DNA from: Flectonema sp. DT1601
Lineage: Eukaryota
Length of the DNA: 64,000 nucleotides
NCBI GenBank assembly: GCA_964019425.1
Contig: OZ025794.1
Location: forward strand, 620,001 to 684,000
Direction of reading: 5' to 3'
Numbering within the stretch: position 1 is the stretch's first letter; each line of letters opens with the position of its first letter. The translations under genes and the position numbers were made by a program. The notes beneath the pieces are model-generated. The model was not told the origin of the DNA. It searched no databases and saw only the letters and a program-made list of their open reading frames with translations. This document shows positions 44,843 to 56,292 of this stretch, piece by piece.

Positions 44843-45370
44843 ATGTCTGCAAACACAGCGAGGCTGCAGCGATATCTGAACAGGGATCTCGAAATCAGGA
44901 AAAAGTTCGCGGGAATCCAGAGAAGCAATGCAGCATTCGAACGAGAGCGGAGAGCGAGATCACAAGGTACAGTAGGGAAGAGTGTTGACAGGATAAAACA
45001 GAAGCAGGTAGGTACTCCACAGCCACCAACTCCGGAAGGGAAGCTACAAAATCCAGCTATGCGAAAACTCTTTCGTGCTTCTTATAATGCGGTGCAAAAT
45101 GTTTACGGATTTAGACCCTGGGTACCTTCAACCCCTATCTGTTCACAAACTATTCTGTCACCTCCCTGTTCGTTTTCACCAGAAGGGAAAACTACTTCAT
45201 CAAAACCACTTCCACCTCGAGTTCAGCCTACTCGAAAGATGATTTGTAAGAAACGAAGTTCCCCTCGTCGATCTGGAAGAAGCCGACCAGCTTCTGCAGT
45301 TCCTAATTTGAATGGAAAAGTTCTGAGATTCAAAAGATTTATATACTCTGCGGGAAAAACTAAATCGTGA
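44843..45370 (+). CDS. Hypothetical basic proline-rich protein
   Basis: 175-aa ORF starting MSANTARLQRY just after TTTTCTTTCGTCAG. Confidence 0.6.
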   Translation: MSANTARLQRYLNRDLEIRKKFAGIQRSNAAFERERRARSQGTVGKSVDRIKQKQVGTPQPPTPEGKLQNPAMRKLFRASYNAVQNVYGFRPWVPSTPICSQTILSPPCSFSPEGKTTSSKPLPPRVQPTRKMICKKRSSPRRSGRSRPASAVPNLNGKVLRFKRFIYSAGKTKS

Positions 45371-45587
45371 CGACTTCTTTTGGGTATTCGATGCTGATGA
45401 AACTTTCTACTTTACAGAGAAACTTTACTGAAGTACGCTGACGGTTTGAAGAAGTTAATAACTTTCTTATCCTACTTCCTCTTACAGGTGATATGATTAA
45501 TGATTAAGTATGAGTTTGAAAATATTGAACGATCTGTTTGAGAAATATCTATTAACATCTTCACAGTTACCCTCCCGACAACCAAAT

Positions 45588-47475
45588 ATGGGAAACCGTG
45601 CCTCCGCCGAGGAAGATACTCGTGAGTACCGTGAAGTATGTATTTTATTTTACACGTCGCACTCACCAGTAGAAACACAGCTTAAGCGCCCCCACTACTT
45701 CATACGACATAATGCAGTGTGGTGGAGGGTCTTCGCGCTAGTGTGAGAATGTTTTGTAGACTCCTAAAGTCATCTTGTTTATATTACTTGATGATGTCAT
45801 AAAGGACTACCAGTAACAGTATCGTGTGATGGTATCTCATCAAGTGAGGTGATTATTATGTCCTCAAGTGTGGGTAGTCTGGTCCTCGAACCAGCAGCAT
45901 GCGACAGACGAGCTTTGTGATTCACATTTTTTTGTAATTTGTTTCTAAAGGGAAACAATATATTTATCATTGCATTGTGTTTCTTGATAAAACACAGCTT
46001 AAGCGCCCCCACTACTTCATACGACATAATGCAGTGTGGTGGAGGGTCTTCGCGCTAGTGTGAGAATATTTTTGTAGACTCCTAAAGTCATCTTGTTTAT
46101 ATTACTTGATGATGTCATAAAGGACTACCAGTAACAGTATCGTGTGATGGTATCTCATCAAGTGAGGTGATTATTATGTCCTCAAGTGTTGGTACTCTGG
46201 CCAGCATGCAACAGCAAAGAAGACGAACTTCGTGATTCACATATTTTTGTAATTTGTTTCTTGATAAAACACAGCTTAAGCGCCCCCACTACTTCATACG
46301 ACATAATGCAGTGTGGTGGAGGGTCTTCGCGCTAGTGTGAGAATGTTTTTGTAGACTCCTAAAGTCCATCAAAAATATATTACCTGAAGATGTCGTAAGG
46401 GACTAACAGTAAGTATCGTGTGATGGTATCTCATCAGGTGAGGTGATTATTATGTCCTCAAGTGTTGGTACTCTGGCCAGCATGCAACAGTAAAGAAGAC
46501 GAACTTCGTGATTCACAATTTTTTGTAATTTGTTCCTAAAGGGAAACAATATATTTATCATTGAAGTGTTTCTTGATAAAACACAGCTTAAGCGCCCCCA
46601 CTACTTCATACGACATAATGCAGTGTGGTGGAGGGTCTTCGCGCTAGTGTGAGACAAGTTAGTAGTATTTTTATTGTTTTTAAAGTAGTTTTATAGTTTT
46701 ATACCACACCAAAACACCTAAACATCAACAGGGATACCCTGGTCAACTTGACGATCTGACAGCTGGCAGAAACGTTGAATTCTATTCGGGAACAATTACT
46801 ACTGACCCGGGTGGTGATACGATCGACGTGTTCCATACGAGTGTAGACCAAGGTGGTCATGTTGGGGGTATGTGTTCTTATCATGATTCTAGTGAACTTT
46901 GGATTCTGAATAACAATTAAATAACAACAGACTACGACTGGCTTGAAAACGATCACTCCTACATCCAGTGGATATTTCCAATTAGAGAGCCAGGACTTAA
47001 TCCGCGTGCTCAGGTGTTACAAAAACACGAAGCTAATTTAATTAGTTCTGATTCTAATCTGAGGGGAAGATTTGTTAAGTCATACGAACTGATGCTGGAC
47101 TTCTACGGAATGAAGTTGACTGATTTATCAACAGGAAGTATCTCTCGTAAGGACGGGGATACCTTTAGGAGAGGTTACAGCAATCTTCATAAATCATTTC
47201 ACAACTACCTTCGTATTACTCGGATATTAAAGTGTTTAGGTGAGGTTGGTCTTGAGCATTATAAGAAACCTTTTGTTCTGCACGTTCTAAAAGAAGTTCA
47301 CATTCACGGACATCTCAGCAACTGTAGGGAAAGTTGCGTCAACTACTGGGCGCCAACTATTAAGGATGATAATGAAAGAGCGGAGTTACTTGTCGTTGGA
47401 CAGAAACTTCTTCAAGAAATGGACTGCGACATGGAAACATACCGCTCGATTCCTGCATACGGTGGATGGCGATAA
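45588..47475 (+). CDS. Opioid growth factor receptor (OGFr) domain protein; exons 45588-45635, 46732-46867, 46931-47475 (242 aa)
   Basis: Splicing at GTATGT..CAG junctions gives MGNRASAEEDTREYRE|GYPG...NVEFYSG...|DYDWLENDHSYIQWIFPIREPGLN...YELMLDFYG...HNYLRITRILKCLGEVG, matching OGFr motifs (HSYIQWLFP, HNNLRITRILKSLGELG). Confidence 0.92.
45673..45751 (+). ncRNA. Candidate single-hairpin AGA-box (H/ACA-like) snoRNA; further copies at 45990, 46267 and 46579
   Basis: Basal stem ACAC-AGC/GCT-A-GTGT, internal loop, upper stem CCC-CCACTAC/GTGGTGG-A-GGG, then AGA one nt after the stem; the four-way identity ends at AGA. Confidence 0.5.
45673..46654 (+). repeat. Intronic tandem array: three units of 317, 277 and 312 nt plus a terminal 76-nt copy
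   Basis: Identical 76-mer at 45673, 45990, 46267 and 46579. The intervening segments are homologous to each other but diverged. Confidence 0.97.
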
Positions 47476-48676
47476 ATAAATTAAAGATTGTCATCCCCCT
47501 CTCCGTCCTCATAGCGGAAGAGTGAGCAACTCCGAGAGGGTTCTTACCCAATAGGAAGTACTAATTCAAAAAAAAAAAAACAATTTTAAAACAACGCAAA
47601 GTAATCTCGTACCCGCCACCGCCTGCATCTCTCTTCTCCTTTCACCATCTAGCCTTCTGTTGCTTGGCGGTAGGTTCGGGAAATAGGGTACAGTTTCTTT
47701 ATCGTGTGCAATGAGGAAAGTAAATGAAACTTTGAAAAAAAAAAAAAAAAAAAAAAAGAAGCATACACTCAGCAAGGAGATACCTCTAACCTGCCTCCTA
47801 TTCTCCATCTTGTCCGTCAATGCTCCACTGTAAGTTACAGAGTAGCTACCACTAGGCAACGAAGGGGGAAAAGAAAAAAAAAGACAATCCATAAGTTATT
47901 TTGTTCCTTATTACATTTCAATTCCTTCTACCCAACACAATACGAAGGTACCAGTCGCCCAGAAACCCAACCGCAATTTGCACTTCTTATTCCCTCCTTT
48001 GAAACTTATTGTGGAAAACCTACCTTTTATGGTGACGGAGCACTACAATGGTAACATGAAACATAGAAGTTAACTTTTCTTTCCTGACAGATGATAGTAG
48101 TACACGTTTGTACACGTTGGCAATTTGTAGCCTTGTGGTTATCCATGATCGGATTAATAGTAAATGTATTTCTCTAATCACCAACAGTGTATTCTTACTC
48201 ACACTTAAAATGTCAGACAGCAGCTGCAGTAGCGTTCAAATCACCAGATCAGAGAAGAACCTGAAGGAACCTCGACCAAGAAACCCTTCTGTTGACGACA
48301 TCTTTTTCGTTAAGAAAACTCCTTTTGCCATGAGCTTACCGTACCTCATTGTAGCTCCAGAGATGGGACCAATTCTGTCGAAGTTGTAGAAAGAGCACTG
48401 TTCATAAGTGTTCCTGATTACAGGGTGGCTTATATCAGTAGTGTAACTGATTCAACTGTTGAATAACAGTTCTTACAACTGATTTCAAGCAACTGTTTTT
48501 AGTTCTTCCTGCTTACAGTATTCATGGCTCAATCACTTTTGATGTATTTCTGTTGAAGTTTGGCTTAGCAATTATAAGGCTTTAAGGAGAGAAGATTCTC
48601 ACCAGCTTTGTATTAGGAAGTAAAGTGGTTCTTGATCTTCCGCAAAGTTGAGGAAGATTGTGTGATTGTTCGTTGA

Positions 48677-48709
<33 letters not shown>

Positions 48710-49396
48710 GTAATTTCCGTCATATCTTTTAGTGCAACGAAAGCAGCAGAACTTATAACTGAAAAGCTATCCCTTTGATGGAAACTTTTACGTAGCAGTT
48801 CGCGCTTCCGACTCACGACGTTACTTAGTCAGCATTAATTAGTATTATTTGTCTCTTTCTTTTTTTATAATTTTTTTTTTTTTAAATTTCGTGTTTCTCT
48901 CGTATTCAAAGTTTAGATATTCATTTATATCCGTCTATTTTAATTTTAGTTGGCATTGTGACCGTTATTTCGCTTGTTGTAAACAATGCTTTTGGTCACA
49001 CAGGTTTCGAACTCTATCTCCTGTTGTCACATGATTTTTTTTTGTACCTACAAACCCATTGTTCGGTAGAAAGAGAATTGTGGCAGCGTAACTACCTATT
49101 CCTTTATTAGGATTTTCTACCGGTTGCGCACAAACAAAAAAAGTGTGAGTTAGTAAGTAAAAAGTGAAGTTTGCCGATTTTTTTTTTGCTTTGTTGTATT
49201 TCTTCTGCGGGCAGCTCATTGCCGTGAAAAGCTATTCTCATTCAATCTTTTTCTCTTTTTTTTCTTTCTTTTTTTTTTTTTTTTTTGAATGAGATATTAT
49301 TCCCCTCAAGTACTAAGGGTGCTTGTAATAAGCGTTCTGTTTGGTTTTCCTAAAAGAAAAAGGTTCAACACGTTACGTCTTGTGGCGCTCTTCAAA

Positions 49397-51368
49397 ATGT
49401 CTGTTACTTTTGCTACATCCGATACGAACGATGTAGTTGGAGGAGACTTGTTGAAAATTGCTGCCGAACACGTAGTGTTAGCTCATCGTTTTTGAAGAAC
49501 CTTTACTATTGGTAATCTTATTCATCTCTGTTCAGATACACACAGGGAAACATAGATCAGAATGAGCCGCTCTTGACCAGTATTCATTCTCTACCTCAGG
49601 ACGAAGCTGATTGTGATGATGTGTGTTGATGAATTTAATTTATTTTATTTAAGCAGCTGAAATAATGAATGCGATCTCGAAGAAGTATCTGCCAACAACT
49701 CATCAGGTTATCGATCAGGTTCACAAACTTCCTTCTGTAGCGGCATTACATAAAATTAATCACAATATCAGCAACAAGAGGACGCGATCCCGAAAAGGGA
49801 AGCGACCAAATCGAATACGAGGAGATGGTTCTCAGAATATCACAAACTGTTTTCACAGCTGGCCAGCATCACAGCATCAAACCCCAACAGCGAGTACTGA
49901 TATGAGAATGTTAGACGTACTGAGTGGGAGTAGCGATTCCGTTGATGGAGGTTTTCAAATGTACTTCGACTTCGTAAACAACACTTCTAATCCCACGACT
50001 ACTACAAAAGATGTAATTTTATCACTTCGACATCCCAAACTCGATAGACAACGTCAGCTCCAAGGTATTCCTTTTTTTTCGATTAAAATAAATTTCATCT
50101 ATCAGATTAAAAATTAAAGTAAGCAAACAAACAATCAGCTTCTAGGGAGCGAACACCACCTATTCTGTGTGACATTGAGAAACATATTCACAGTGAGCTA
50201 GCTTGTCTGCAGTCACAACGAAATCATATTTCAGCTTATAAATACATGGATGCTAGACTCACGGTTTTTAGAGAATGTGCGAGAAGTCTGATTGAACAGT
50301 TTAAAACGTACGGCCCGTTGCTCAGTAAAGTTCTACGAGAGTTCGAACACTACGTCAAGTGTTCAAAAATCCAACGGACGGAAGCAGTTCGAGCCACGGA
50401 AGAACTGCGGACTCGAAACGTACAACTCTCGGCAGAGATTTCAAAGATTCTCGAGTCCAAAAATGAACTAGAAGAGCGAAAAAACAATGAAATAAAACAG
50501 GTACACTACCACCTTTTATTTGTACTTCATAATATTTTCAAAATATAAAAATCATCAAACAGATTCAACAAATAATGAGGGAGGGTAAAACATTTTGTGA
50601 GTTGTCCCAGGAATTGGATCGTACTTCTACTAAGTTAGTAGAACAGGAGGGGAAGAACGCAGAACTTCACAAGAAATTAACTCAAACAGGAAAATTAAAA
50701 AGTGAATTTGATAGGTGTGTTGTCTACTACCTCAACAAGGTAGTTCCTTAATACCGTATTGACAAACCTTATCATTAACCAACAGAACTATTCAGGCTAT
50801 TGAAGAGACCTTCTCAATGATAAATGACAACAAAGAGTTAACAATTCATCGACTTCAGGAGAGGTTGACAACATTAAACCACGAGATGAATGCGAGAGAT
50901 GCAAAACATTCGAAAGTTCTCTCAGATGTGACGGATGAAAGAGAAGAATTACTTTCCGAAGTTCGAGTTGCTAAGTCCCGTTTGGATATGGCGCAAGACC
51001 GTCTCCGACAAAATGCTACTCATATCGGAGACTTAAAGTTTCAGAATGAGGAATTACAACAGGTGTGTGTGTGTGTTGTAAGAACACCACCATTATCTTT
51101 CTAACAATCTCATTCCGAACACATCAAACAGGAACTTGATGAACTGGATTCCCGACTTCAGAAGTACGGAGATGACTCTGAAGATTCAACTCCCTCCAGT
51201 TCACAAGTGATTCCGAAAGGAAAGAAGCCTCCTGTTGCTCTAATGGAACAGGCTTGTCGAATAATACCTGACTTGGGAGATCCAAAGAATTATCATTCAC
51301 TAGAACAAGTGTTGCAAACTATTCTTCAAATATGGGAACTCACAATGCAGGGCATGCAAGGGGATTGA
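49397..51368 (+). CDS. TSNAXIP1_N-domain coiled-coil protein; exons 49397-49471, 49546-49620, 49707-50064, 50139-50500, 50563-50714, 50786-51062, 51132-51368 (~511 aa)
   Basis: Phase-consistent GT..CAG introns of 62-86 nt join the ORF fragments. LCDIEKHIHSEL...RLTVFRECARSLIEQFKTYGPLLSKVLREFE resembles TSNAXIP1_N. Some junctions have alternatives. Confidence 0.75.
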
Positions 51369-51546
51369 CACTACACTCACATATAATTTTGTGTCCTATT
51401 TTCTGTTATGATTCTACCTTCTGAATAGTAACATTCCTTTCGGATTGTTATCAAAACAAACGCTTCGATTAATAAAACTTTATTGTCGTTAAATTTGTTT
51501 TATTTTATTTTATTATCAACAGCAACAGTTTTAACAACTCAACAAG

Positions 51547-51837
51547 ATGATGATGATGGGAGGAGACATACCAGAAGACTTTGATGGTAAAGTAAAATTC
51601 ATATTCAAAAGGTACGACAAAGACGGAGATGGTATTTGGAAGTTCTCAGAAGCTAACACATACATGCAAGAGATTCACGCCAAGAATATCGACCAAGTAG
51701 AATTCAGCGCATGGTGTACCGAACTCGGATGTGAATCACCTACTGCAGAAGTACTTAGTAAGCGCTACAAAGATAAACCAGCTGACTTGGAAAATGATTT
51801 CGGAATGTGTCTTGGGCTGTCTGCATGCATTGCGTAA
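51547..51837 (+). CDS. Small EF-hand protein
   Basis: FIFKRYDKDGDGIWKFSE is a canonical EF-hand loop. Confidence 0.8.
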   Translation: MMMMGGDIPEDFDGKVKFIFKRYDKDGDGIWKFSEANTYMQEIHAKNIDQVEFSAWCTELGCESPTAEVLSKRYKDKPADLENDFGMCLGLSACIA

Positions 51838-52089
51838 ATAGTAATACATTGTGCGAAGTTTTTCTTTCCTTAAATCGTGTTTTAACCCGTAAAGCGATTG
51901 AAATATGATCGCCACCAACCTTTCTATCGATGATGACCTAACAACACGCTCTGTCAAGTGACAGTTCGTGGAAAGTAATCGGAATACAGTTGTGTTTTTA
52001 AAATAAAAGAAAAAGACAGAAAGAAAAATCGCTGTTTTTTTTTTTTTTTTTTCCGTAACAATGCCCCGTCGCGACGAAAAAAAAGAATG

Positions 52090-52121
<32 letters not shown>

Positions 52122-52274
52122 ACAAGAAGATTTCCTTCTCCTTCAGTGGGTAAGAAAATTTGTTCTAATTATTTATAACAAAACTAACAAGTTGGAGTTA
52201 TTATTAACCTATGTGGGGTATTCTCAATATAAACAACTCAATTCCCTCCCCCACGCAAAGCACATCATTGATTA

Positions 52275-52796
52275 ATGAATACATTCTACGAGGAAGAAAT
52301 ACTAACTTATGGCTCGGGTGATATACTTTTAGCAACACACAATGAGGAGTTGCAGAGAGTAAAGATAGAAACAAAAGAATTGTTGGGAATGAGATGGATT
52401 ACTGTTTTGTTTAATATGGCTGGTGGTGACTCCACTCATACGGTTGTTGCTGAATGTTCTTCCTCGTTAAATGATAATAATAAAGCTTTAATAACAACTA
52501 ACTGTGAGATCAAAACAGAAAATATCAAAGCATTGGCTCAGCTTCCCGAACCGTTAAAATCTGATGTCAGTTTTAATAAGAAAATGTTGTCAGATATTAT
52601 TAATTTTCGTAATCTTGATCCTATCCGACCTCCTCCCTCTCAACAAAGTCTTTTGATGTCACCAATTACACTTCCTGTTAATAGAAGAGTTACTTCAAAG
52701 TTATCGGTAGATGTGAAAACATATTTAACACGAGATAATCCTCTCTACCCCTCCGGGGAGACATATTTTTGTGATGTAGTCACGAGACTGTTGTAA
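52275..52796 (+). CDS. Hypothetical protein
   Basis: 173-aa ATG ORF with coding-like composition on the common strand. Confidence 0.6.
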   Translation: MNTFYEEEILTYGSGDILLATHNEELQRVKIETKELLGMRWITVLFNMAGGDSTHTVVAECSSSLNDNNKALITTNCEIKTENIKALAQLPEPLKSDVSFNKKMLSDIINFRNLDPIRPPPSQQSLLMSPITLPVNRRVTSKLSVDVKTYLTRDNPLYPSGETYFCDVVTRLL

Positions 52797-52927
52797 ACCT
52801 TTTCGCATCGACAAACTGTTTCTTCTCAGGTTCGATTTCTATCGAAACTTGTCAATCGGTTTTACTTTCGTTAACATTTAAAACACCTCTTCGATCCTCA
52901 CTTCTTTCCAGAATGTAAAAACCAAAC

Positions 52928-53305
52928 ATGTCATACCGTCAAGTATTACTACTAACAATGGGTGTTGCTTGCGCAGTGTTTGGAACTGCAGCTGTTCTTA
53001 CCGACAAACAACAAACAATTCCACACGGATTAGTGGCCTGTTGCTGTGGATGTGCTTACGTCATGTTGTTACATACTATTCACGGAGACTTACAAAGACC
53101 TGGATTGTTAGTACCTGTATTTATGCTAATCGGAATATTTGGTATGTATAGCAAGCTACAACATGGTAACTGTCCTGATCTTAGTTATAAACTGAAGGAT
53201 TTAGAAGTAAGAAATAAAGAACTAGCAGAGCAATGGAATATCGTAACCGCATCACATGTGTTGATGTCAGCAGAACTTGAGAAGCTTCAAAATGGGAAGA
53301 CTTAA
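52928..53305 (+). CDS. Small membrane protein (3 hydrophobic segments and a C-terminal coiled coil)
   Basis: 125-aa ORF preceded by CTTCTTTCCAG. Confidence 0.7.
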   Translation: MSYRQVLLLTMGVACAVFGTAAVLTDKQQTIPHGLVACCCGCAYVMLLHTIHGDLQRPGLLVPVFMLIGIFGMYSKLQHGNCPDLSYKLKDLEVRNKELAEQWNIVTASHVLMSAELEKLQNGKT

Positions 53306-53560
53306 TAAAATATCTTATCGAGTACGTTGTTGGTATTCAGAATTTAGTTTGTTGTTGTTCGTTTTAATTGTCTTACGTAAATTATATTAACCCCCCCACC
53401 TCTGTTCTACACTATAACGTATGAATTACTGTCGAAACTTATTAGTTACTTCAAAGATGTTAAATTATAGTTGTGTTAATACTATACAATACAGTTTTGT
53501 ATTTTACAAATTCAAACATTCAACCCCCACTTCTGTAGCTACTCCCCTTCTCTTTCAATT

Positions 53561-54166
53561 ATGGAATCTTCTCCGATAATGTCGTTAAGTGATCAGCAGG
53601 CAACTCTCCTTCTGTTGGTATCTGAAGCACGGCGCTTAGACATCGCGACCGTTAAAAAGGCCAACGGAAGTCTTCGGACGGAAGAAATGAAAGAATTGAA
53701 CCAGAAATGGGGACAGCTTAAAAGAGAAATGCTGGACAGGCTGTACAGTGGGGAGTGTCTCAGAACAGTACGTGCAATGTTGGCTTGTAGGTATCCGTTC
53801 TTGGGTGTAAAAACTCCAGAAAACTTAGAAGAGTCAAAGAGGAAGAAGGAACTTCTTTTGTACGAAATTAACTGCGCGAGATATCAAAATTCATCATCTG
53901 AACCTTCTTCTGATCCTTCTTCTGAAGAAGAAAACATGAGCTCAGACGAAGAAGAACAGGTTGATGAAGATGACTCGTCTTTTACTTTTTCATTCAACTC
54001 TTCACACTCTTCAGAAGATGAGGATTCTCTCTTCGATTTCAACTTACTAACGCGGCCTTCCTCCACTGCTGAATTATCAAGAGAACTGATCTTCAATTTT
54101 GACCAACATACTTCCTCTACCATTCCAGAGTCGGGTTCGTTTGTGAAGGATTTCTGGGAGAACTGA
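53561..54166 (+). CDS. Hypothetical protein with an acidic Ser-rich C-terminal half
   Basis: 201-aa ATG ORF. Confidence 0.7.
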   Translation: MESSPIMSLSDQQATLLLLVSEARRLDIATVKKANGSLRTEEMKELNQKWGQLKREMLDRLYSGECLRTVRAMLACRYPFLGVKTPENLEESKRKKELLLYEINCARYQNSSSEPSSDPSSEEENMSSDEEEQVDEDDSSFTFSFNSSHSSEDEDSLFDFNLLTRPSSTAELSRELIFNFDQHTSSTIPESGSFVKDFWEN

Positions 54167-54326
54167 GAACGTTCTTTATTGCGTTTTGCTTCCTCCCATT
54201 TAATTACCTTTTTTTTCCCTTTTTTCGTCTGGTTTCTACCCTCTCCATTGTGGGCTGGGCATAGCTTTAAAAAAAAAAAAAAAATCTTTTTTGAAAAAAT
54301 TAAAAGTTTTTCAAAAAAAAAACAAC

Positions 54327-54357
<31 letters not shown>

Positions 54358-54755
54358 ATCCTCGATTTTTCGGGTACTGTTGCATAACATTGAAATGTCA
54401 ACACATTTGGTGTTTTCATTTCAACTTGTGATAGCTACCCTACCTGCCGACGAGTCAATGTTTTGATTATGTTTTACGGGAACAAAAAGAAAACCCAAGC
54501 CTTAAAAAGTAGAGCAACGGAGTCTATTTCAATTAATAAAGCAAGGCTAGAAGAATTCTGCAATGTTTTTATTAACTGAAACGTGGAGTGCTAAAAATTA
54601 CCCTTTTCCGCTTCCTCACAAGAGGTGTGTATGTTTGATCAACAACGCCTTGCTACCTCTTTCCCAATTGAAACTGATAACTTTTCTAGCTACACTGTTT
54701 TCTTGGATTGAGTACAGGGTCACTTATTGATCTGTGAATGAAAAAAAAAAAACCC

Positions 54756-54790
<35 letters not shown>

Positions 54791-56261
54791 AGAGAACTTG
54801 GTCAGCGTCTGAGCAAAGGCTCTTGCGCATGAGGAAACTAAGTTCTTAGCTGCCCAATAAAAACCCCTTTAGATGCCCCTCTCTGAACCTCAACATGCAC
54901 GAAATCAGTGCATTCTCGTACTTCTGTTTAGCTCTCCAAAAAATATGTAACGGATACTTTACTTTTCTTTTCAACAAAAAAAAAAAAAAAAAAAATTATA
55001 TTTGCAGATTGTTTGGTTACTGTTCGCATAACCAAAAAATAGTTTTTTTCTTTTTTTTAAATATTATAGGTTTCCGTTTTTGTTTATACTACTTCGCAGA
55101 AAGAGTGAGAATCAAAAAAAAAATCAAAAACAAATAATCTGGTTTTAGAACCGAAAAAGATAACAATCGGCGAACTTTTTTTTTTACGTATTTACTTATT
55201 TTCTTTTTTTACTCTGGTGGTGCTTGTCATAAAACGGTTTGTTTCTGTCCTGTTATTTGTACTTTCGTACCAACTTTAAGAAAAAAAATAAAATAAAAAC
55301 TTTTACTCCTTTTACGTGGATAACTTGCAAAAAAAATAATAGAAAAAAAAAAAAAAAAAACTAATCAAAATGATGAAAACAAAAACAAGGGAATTGAGTC
55401 CGAAAAAAAAAAAAAAATTGTAGAACTTCGTAGATGATCCTCGCGTCTCATTCGATATTAATGTTCAAGCGTACTTGGAGCTCGTCGGTACAGTGGGTCG
55501 CTACTGTTCACGATCCTTGATAAAAGGAAGCCCAGCCAAGACATGTGTGTGAGATAAAAAATTATTCGTTTCCTCGCAATTCAATTTTCTTTTCCTCTTC
55601 AACATCTGATCTTCTGTTCTAACGATATGTGTATACTTAACTGCTGTATTGTTGCGTTGTTCCCGTTGTAGCTCTTATTGAAGTATTTCACTCAAACCCT
55701 GTTCAGTATTTCCCTCCTTTTTTAAGTATCTGATTTTCGTGCAATATTAAATATCCCCCTTTTGCTATCCTTTATGCTGAAAAACTGCAGAAATAATCTG
55801 AGAAAAGGTTCAATATACTACCGCAGTACTTGGTTCTCTTTGAGAGTCACTTACTGGTACCCGGTGGTTGCTTGAAGCTAACGAACTAAATAATGCGGAT
55901 GGGGTTCTCTCCTTTCAGTTGGTCCTGGTTGGGTTACTATCAATCAATCTTTCCCAAGGTCGCGCAAATACGGTTTTAGTTGTTTGTGTGTAATGTCATC
56001 TTCTAATAGTTGGCTCGTCAAATAATACATCTGAAGTAAGGTAAAACAAGGAGCTTACTCAGGTTACGTATTGTGTCTGCATACCGCAAGATACGTTCAG
56101 ATAACAGTGGCAATGGAAAAAAAAACTTTATGCATTGTCACTGCCCCAAACAGTTGGGAAGAAAACACCAATTGTCATGGTATATTTCTGATTGTTTTTT
56201 GATGTACAATATGGACTTCCTATCCCATAATAAAACGAAAACGAATTTAAATCGCCGCATG

Positions 56262-56292
<31 letters not shown>

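Noticed and set aside
45749..46578. Self-cleaving ribozyme/retrozyme: minus-strand CTGATGAG..CGATAC..GTC (hammerhead-like), TATATTACCTG and GAAACA (hairpin-ribozyme loop B-like), GTGGAGGG (twister-like), TAAGCG (pistol-like)
   Set aside because: In each case the required helices cannot be formed or core residues are missing (no hammerhead stem I, GAUA instead of GAAA, no loop A partner). A cleavage assay would still be a cheap test.
45673..46654. CRISPR-like array (identical repeat with variable spacers)
   Set aside because: The repeat is 76 nt, the spacers are 200-240 nt and homologous to each other, there are no cas genes, and the context is a eukaryotic intron.
52827..52851. GGTTCGA tRNA T-loop-like motif
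   Set aside because: Part of a simple hairpin; no cloverleaf.
53489..53506. Possible spliced-leader relic TACAGTTTTGTATTTTA (also AACTAACG near 15023)
   Set aside because: Short, AT-rich and mismatched; compatible with chance.
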